A stretch of 64,000 bases of DNA. It comes from Zygnema circumcarinatum SAG 698-1b (Eukaryota > Plantae > Zygnematophyceae). This document shows positions 57,863 to 64,000 of this stretch, one piece after another. Made by a program: the position numbers and the translations under genes. The notes below the pieces were generated by a model. The model did no database searches. It was not told the DNA's origin and saw only the letters and a program-made list of their open reading frames with translations. The stretch is from positions 4,193,909-4,257,908 of the forward strand of contig CM074804.1 in NCBI GenBank assembly GCA_037447605.1, given 5' to 3'. Position 1 is the stretch's first letter. The number at the start of each line of letters is the position of its first letter.

Positions 57863-60800
57863 TTAGATCCCCTTGTCCGGCGAGTAGGAACCGGAACTCG
57901 TGGAAGGACCGGGAGAGGGAGGGTGCCTCCTCCTATTGGCTTCTAGCCCTATCAACGTCAGGCAGAGCATGACGACAGGTGGCAGCAGCACAGAGAGCAG
58001 GAGAGCTAGCGTGGTTGGGCCGGAGTCACTCCTTTCGGGCGGTGGGGGCACGAGGGGGAGGCTGAGCTCGGGTAGGAGCACTCGCTCCAGGTAGGGGGCG
58101 AAGGTGCCCCGCCCTGCAATCTGCGTAACTTCAGCAGTGACCACACTCGAATTTTCCGCAGTTTGTGGAATAATGCCGGCGTTACTCCATGAGCTTCCCG
58201 TCCAAGCACGAACGCCCACTGCACGGTGGCGGAACAGCGGGTTTGAGGGGAAAATGTGGTGTAATGTAATTCCAGCATTTGAAATAAAGGAAAACGCGAA
58301 AGTGAGTTGCTTTAAGATTTCAACGGTTGTGGAAAAGTAGTTATGTGCGCGTATGAGCTGTCTGGGTGAAAGGGTAGAAGGCACTACCTGAGCCGTTGAT
58401 GCTGTCCGAGATAGATGCAGTGATGGTCAGATCAGCAGCTACAGGGTTGCCTCTATAGATCATCCCCACTACCGTTGCTCCTCCTTGCAGCCGCCTGCTT
58501 ACCCACGCACCGCCACCAGCTGGAACAAATTCAGCAGCAATTCATTTTTTTGGAACAATAGCAGAGGAGCCAGGACATAAAATGGAGAGAACGTCATGGC
58601 GAACTTGGAGGAGAGACGCTGCGTCGATAGAGCATCATACAGAGGTCGAGAGTACCCAAACGAGTAAAGACGATGAGACAGCCGAGCTGCAAACTTTTCT
58701 GCAGCAGAGCGCGGAGAGACGCTTACAAGTCCTCCGGCAGAGGTATGATGTCCTTAAACGCGTATATGTAAGCTGTCACGTCACCCCCAACAGGAACTGA
58801 ACTGTCTGTGCAGTCAAGTGAGCAGCTGGAGGGGCCCACAGCAGCCACAAAATCTGCTCCTCCGCTGGTTTGCACTGCAAAATGCTCACATCCAGTTACT
58901 GCAAAACATTAGAGATTCTATCAACACAAATTCAGAGAGAGAAAGCAGGGCTGCAGACATGCGCATAGCTCCATGCATGCAACCTTGAGAGAACCCGAAG
59001 AAAACTGTCCCCTATATTCTTACCTACAGCCGCCGCCATATCCACTTGCGCTGAGGTGAAAGTTTCGACGGGAGTGCCCTCCGCCTGCCCCTGCAGGAGG
59101 CCCTCTGCCAGCTGGCCAGGGAGCAGCAGCACCGCTGCAAACGTGCGGTTTCGGGCAGTCTCGCTCACACTCGGTTGACTGCCCGCCACGAGGATGCGGC
59201 TGGCGAGGGAGAAGAGGCACTGCAGCAGTTCAAACAACGAGAGAAAAACGCAAACATCTCAATCGAAAAACAAGCCAAATTTGGGTCACAACAAATGCTC
59301 GCCATTGACAAACCCGCTTAAGCGGTAATGCGGTGTTAAGTCATGGAGAGCATCATGGATAGCACTCATGGAGAGTACGAAACGCGATGCAGATTTGCGG
59401 AAAAGGACGAACCTCTGCTGTGCGGCGGGTGAGCTGCATAGAGGCCGCCGGACCACTAAACAAAGGGGTGACGTCACTCAGCACATTCAGGATGCTGGTG
59501 AGCTCGGTGTCTGTGATGCTGCCAAGTGGCAGCGCGTCTGTGGCTCCGCCGACAAAGCACAAAAGCTGCTCCAAGTCTGCTGCAGAGGGAGCGACCGCCG
59601 CCGCCCCCCACAGCAGCAGCGACCCGTCCAGGACCGCCACAAGCTCGGACGCTGCATACACGCATCGCAATAGCTTCACACCTCGGGGGTAATGATACAA
59701 GGAAGCACAATTGAAAAAGTAAAGGCAATACATTTTACACAGACACACACACACACACGAGCTCACATGAAATTGAAGAAATTTGAAAACTCACCATTCT
59801 GTGCGCCATACAGCCGTAAGTAAATATCTGCCGTTTGCAGCGCAGCTGTCACATCCCCCAGAGACAGGGCAGGCTGTAGGACGTTCACCACCCACTCGGT
59901 GGAAGATGAAGGGGCACTCACTTCAGCTGTCGTAAGAACATCGCTCGCATTTGGGACCACCAAAGTCTGCCCGTACGTGACAGTGGTTGATTGACCCTTA
60001 CTGTTGCTCACGGAAACAAAGAGAGTGACATTTCCGGGAGGGAGATAGACAACCTGCTCGTAGAAGGAGCTCGGGCCTGCCAAGAGAATGACTTGACTTG
60101 AGTTTTCCAACAAACAGCTGCAAGCATACTGAAGAGGGCGATCTTCATCTTGGGCAGCCCAATCTATTGCCGAAATCTTGTACAAGTAACCAGTCGGATC
60201 CCCATTTGCCGGCTGAACCTTGACACTTCCCCCCCAGGGGGCTTCACTCCCTTGAACGGAGAGTGTGGCGGACGCTGCTAAAGCTCCCGAGGACGACTCA
60301 AACACATCGCAGCGGAAAGGGTACAACATGCTAACGTTTAGCGTGCTTGCAGATATTGCCAACGGCCGATCTGTGACTGTACAGGCCAATAACCCAAGCA
60401 AACGAGAGCGAGAGGGGGGGAGAGAGAGAGAGTGCATGAGTCCCAGTATGGTAAATGATAGTTCCCTAACCTCCATTTTCTCTCACTCTCACCCTCACAA
60501 ATTATGTGGTACATCCAAAGAAAACACCATGCAAGGAGACACAAACTTCTCATCTCTCTCTCTCTCTCTTCTCTTTCTTCTCTCTTCTCCCTTCTCACCA
60601 TTCAAGTTTAAGTCCCCGTCGAAGCTTGCATATGTCCATGAATAGGTGTACGGCCTGCCAGGGGTAGTGCAGCTCAGTTGCAGCATTTTGGAGTAGTCTA
60701 TCGCTCCCTTTGCAGCCTGCGCATCACTCCGTTCCACAGAGATTTCCGGCACAGCTCTTTCCAGCACCTGAATCGCGGCAAATGCGGCCTGATTCACCCT

Positions 60801-63800
60801 CCCAGGGACTACCTTTCCGCGGAAGGCGATCGGATTCCGCGACACTTCAACTTTAAAAACATATGTACCACTAGTGAGGCTGAACTTGGGTATGAGGATT
60901 GACGGTTGATTGAGACTAAGGACAGATTCCTGGTTGGGAAAGCACTCGGAAATACTGAAATCTCCATTCTGGCAGCTCCAGATGTACTGGAATGGTTGGT
61001 CACCTCCCGACTCGTCAGGATCTATCGCACTTGCTTGCAGCAACAAGTCCGAATTTGCAGAAGCGGTACGATTTCCCCCGACAATTGCTACGTAGAGATC
61101 ACTTGGCTGAACTGCTACTGTAACTACGTCTTGCGAAAAGAGGCTCTCATCGGCCTCCATGGTTGCAGTGACTGCGAAAGTGTAAACTTCGCCCGCAGTG
61201 AGGGCCATGGCAGGGATCGCAAAGGACGTGGTTGAAGTGCTACGGTTTAAAGGAGCGGAGACTGAAAGGTTGAGGTCAGGGCCGGCAAGTTGGCTCCATT
61301 GCAGGCTGACAGAGGTGCCTCCACTATACTCTTCTTCAGATAAGCAGGTCGTGTTAGGGCGAGTGACTCGGGCATTCAGAACAAGCGGTTGGTTTCTTGC
61401 GGCCACAACCTCACGCACCCCTCCTTTTCCTCCAGGCACCAAAATCCGTACGGAAGGCAGTGGGTCTGCACTTTGCAGCACATTAAAGGCGGCAGTTCCT
61501 ATGTCAAGCTGCTGCGCGTCTGTTGCGTAAACCACGAACTGCACATTTCACACATCCCCTCTGCAAATTAGTCACAATAGTAGCCATGAGGAGTACAACA
61601 AAAGTAGCGATGATTACTCGAAAAGACAAGGAAATATGAATGGAATCGCTATTCACCTGATAGGTGATTCCTGGAACAAGGATCCCAGGAGGAACTGCAA
61701 GCAGTGGAGAGGTTGCATTGTGGCTGCTGAGCAGAAGGTCAAGTTCAGGCGAGCTCTGATTCGACACCACTCTGTAGATGAACTGCTCTACTATTCCCCC
61801 ACCGCTGATCGAGCCCGAAGCATCCATAGTGACAGCATCGCATATTCCGGCCACAGGAGGGCCCCATAGCTGAGCCACAATTGTGCGGGGAGACCTCACT
61901 ACTCCTCCTTTTCCTGATTCCCTAACGGCGGGGCCCACTGCCACCGAGCTGACTGAGGTGTAAGAGGCGTTTCCCTTAGCAGCTAAAACACTACGCACAG
62001 TTATCGTCGCATTCTGAGCCTCAGAAGATAAGAGTCTTGTGAAGGGTGTGAGCTTTGGCTTCACTCCGAGCAGCACTGCAAGCACGGAGGAGCTTCTCCA
62101 GAAGCAGACAGGACCGGCTCCAAGGAGAGAGACGGTGGTCTTAGTGAGAACAGAGCTGCAGTTTATCCTGCTCGAATGTTTAGCCCCTGCACGGTCAGTT
62201 GAGGATGTGAAGGTGACCGAGATTCCGCGCTGTGTCATGTCAAATAGAGCAGATTCTATGACAGGAGCCCTTTGAGGCAGCACAGTGAGTGTAGCCGGAC
62301 TCCCCCCCACCTGAACACCTCCCACAGCGGCTGAGATACTGAGAGAGCTCGCCTGCGAGGGCTGGCAAGCGAGCAGAATTCCGCCATTAGGAACATTCAC
62401 AAGCGAGGAGTTTGCTAGTGCAGGATCTGCAACTTGTACGGGAAGCGGATCGCCGGATGAAAGCTCTATCACAGTAACTTCTATGTCCACTCCAATTGTC
62501 GCATTCACCAAGTTGAAGTAGGCATCCCTCGCTACAACCACAAAGTACACAACTGATCCCGCAACCCCTCCAGCAGGTGCTAGCAAAGACGTGCCTCTAG
62601 CTGAGGTGGGGCCCGCGAGGACTGTGAGGTTAAACGGGCTACCGAGGGGTTCAATTCCAGAGGCAGCCTCTGCCACTGTTACTGCCACTGTTCCCGCGCT
62701 AAAAGCAGACAGTGTTCCCGTGTAGGGGCTCGAGGGGCCGGACTGCAGAAGGCCGGCCACTTCTGAACGTCCGATTGGGGGAGTCAAAGTGAGTGTGAAA
62801 GTCAGGTCTGGGCTGGTGTACGGATTCCCATACGCATCAGCAGCAGTGAGGTTGAGCATAGCCGAGCTTCCTGCCTGTATGGTGGTCGGAAACACACTCA
62901 CACTGCTGATGCCTCCATAGAATGCGCCTGCCATGCTCCAAAGAACAGATCATGAAAACATGAATCCCGAGGATGCTACTTTACCAAGCACAGCAGAATT
63001 TTTTAAAGATGTCGAGCTTGCTAGTGTCTCACCTGGGCGTATAGTCAGCGGGCTGGAGGCCACCTCAGTGCCATTGAGATGAAGTCGTAGCAGATAAGCT
63101 CCCGCAAAAGTGGCTTGATAGCTGCCTATGTAAGCTCCCATGCTGGAGACTCTCGGAATAGAAGTCATGACAACCTGGGAGTCGCAGAAGCAGCACAAAA
63201 GCAAAAGCAACGTGCGTCACTTTAATATACGAATTGAAGATAAAGCGAAGCTGAGATTCGGCTTTCTTTAACGCTACTCGCTTGGTTTCCAAATCTAGCC
63301 CCATCCATCTCAGCTTTCATACTCAATCTCGGACATTCAAGAAAGAAATTCTCCAGCCCCTTCTAAAAATTTGAACTCCATTGAAACGCCGCCTCACTGT
63401 TTTTTTTGGCTTCAATAATATTAATCTCCAAAATTTACTAAAGATGGTTTTTTCTAAAAGTAAAAAAAAAAAAAATACCTCCAGCCACTATGGTTTCAAT
63501 TTGAAGTCCAACTTTGCACCCAATGGAGGGGGAGAGGAACAGAGAGGGCAGCGAGTGGTACGAGTGGGCGGAAAAGCGATGTGCATTACCTTTGCAGTGT
63601 CTTCCCGCAGCAGATCAAGAGTAAGGAGGTCTGCTTCCTCTCCCGTTTCGTGTGCTCGCAGTTGACCGCTTTCATCAAACGTCTGCACTGTGACTGATCC
63701 AACAGTCCCAGCATGCGTACTAAGTGTACCGGAATATGTCAAGGTTGCATTGACAGCTGGGCCTGCCGTAGAGAAAATCATCCAAAAAATGTAATAGGAT

Positions 63801-64000
63801 CAGGTGGATTAGGATTAGGTTTGATCCAAGGCAACGCTGCTCATTACCATCAAAATATAGCAACGAGATTGCTTGCAAGTTCAGAAGACGACATGGACAA
63901 AGACTGGAGCATGTACTGAATGACACAAACAGCTGTGGTTGGGAATCCTTTGCCTGCCTGCTGACACGCCCCTAACGCTGACTGCAAACAAAACGCATCA
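57863..64000 (-). CDS. Large single-pass membrane protein: filamin-type Ig repeats, REJ domain, degenerate GAIN/GPS, TM; N-terminus beyond the right edge
   Basis: Ig repeats (AGSVVYFVVVARDAYFN...VGGSPATLTV; AGSSAMLNLTAADAYGN...GSPFNLTV); REJ hallmarks (LQWSQ, LTAGEVYTFAVTA, LLLQASAIDPD...FQYIWSC, APWGGSVKVQPANG...ISAIDW...DRPLQY); W-x4-W-S-x-x-G...TFA GPS-like motif; hydrophobic TLALLLSVLLPPVVMLCLTLIGL followed by RRR and a 26-aa tail. Confidence 0.85.

Overview
Eukaryotic nuclear DNA with intron-rich, plant-type genes. The orthologue set, short introns and GA/CT-rich tracts suggest a streptophyte green alga, possibly Zygnematophyceae such as Closterium (inference). Ten protein-coding genes are supported: plastid RNase J (-, runs off the left edge), RECQ2-type helicase (+, apparently head-to-head with RNase J), an intronless kinase-domain-only CDPK/PPCK-like kinase (-), a TTI2-like HEAT protein (+), an F-box/SEL1/MYND protein (+), a TIFY-CCT-GATA (ZIM-like) factor (-), a plastid-type small heat-shock protein (-), fluoride exporter FEX (+), a YbaK/ProX-like protein (+) and an NRAMP transporter (-). 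An eleventh, a large single-pass surface protein with filamin-type Ig repeats, a REJ domain and a degenerate GAIN/GPS motif (-), runs off the right edge and is the most unusual gene here: a polycystin-1-like ectodomain without the channel. The 19.3-25.3 kb intergenic region is a nest of non-autonomous DNA transposons (two hAT-like MITEs, a ~550 bp foldback, and a Tc1/mariner-type element carrying two nested Mutator-like elements with readable TIRs and TSDs) next to a 100-N gap. Other notable items are a ~40-unit TTCAGGG telomere-variant array, telomere-like hexamers encoding the RecQ C-terminus, three GC-AG introns, G-box arrays and dense CGTAC motifs in intergenic DNA. No rRNA, tRNA or CRISPR array was found. 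Exon boundaries were read by eye and terminal exons are less certain.
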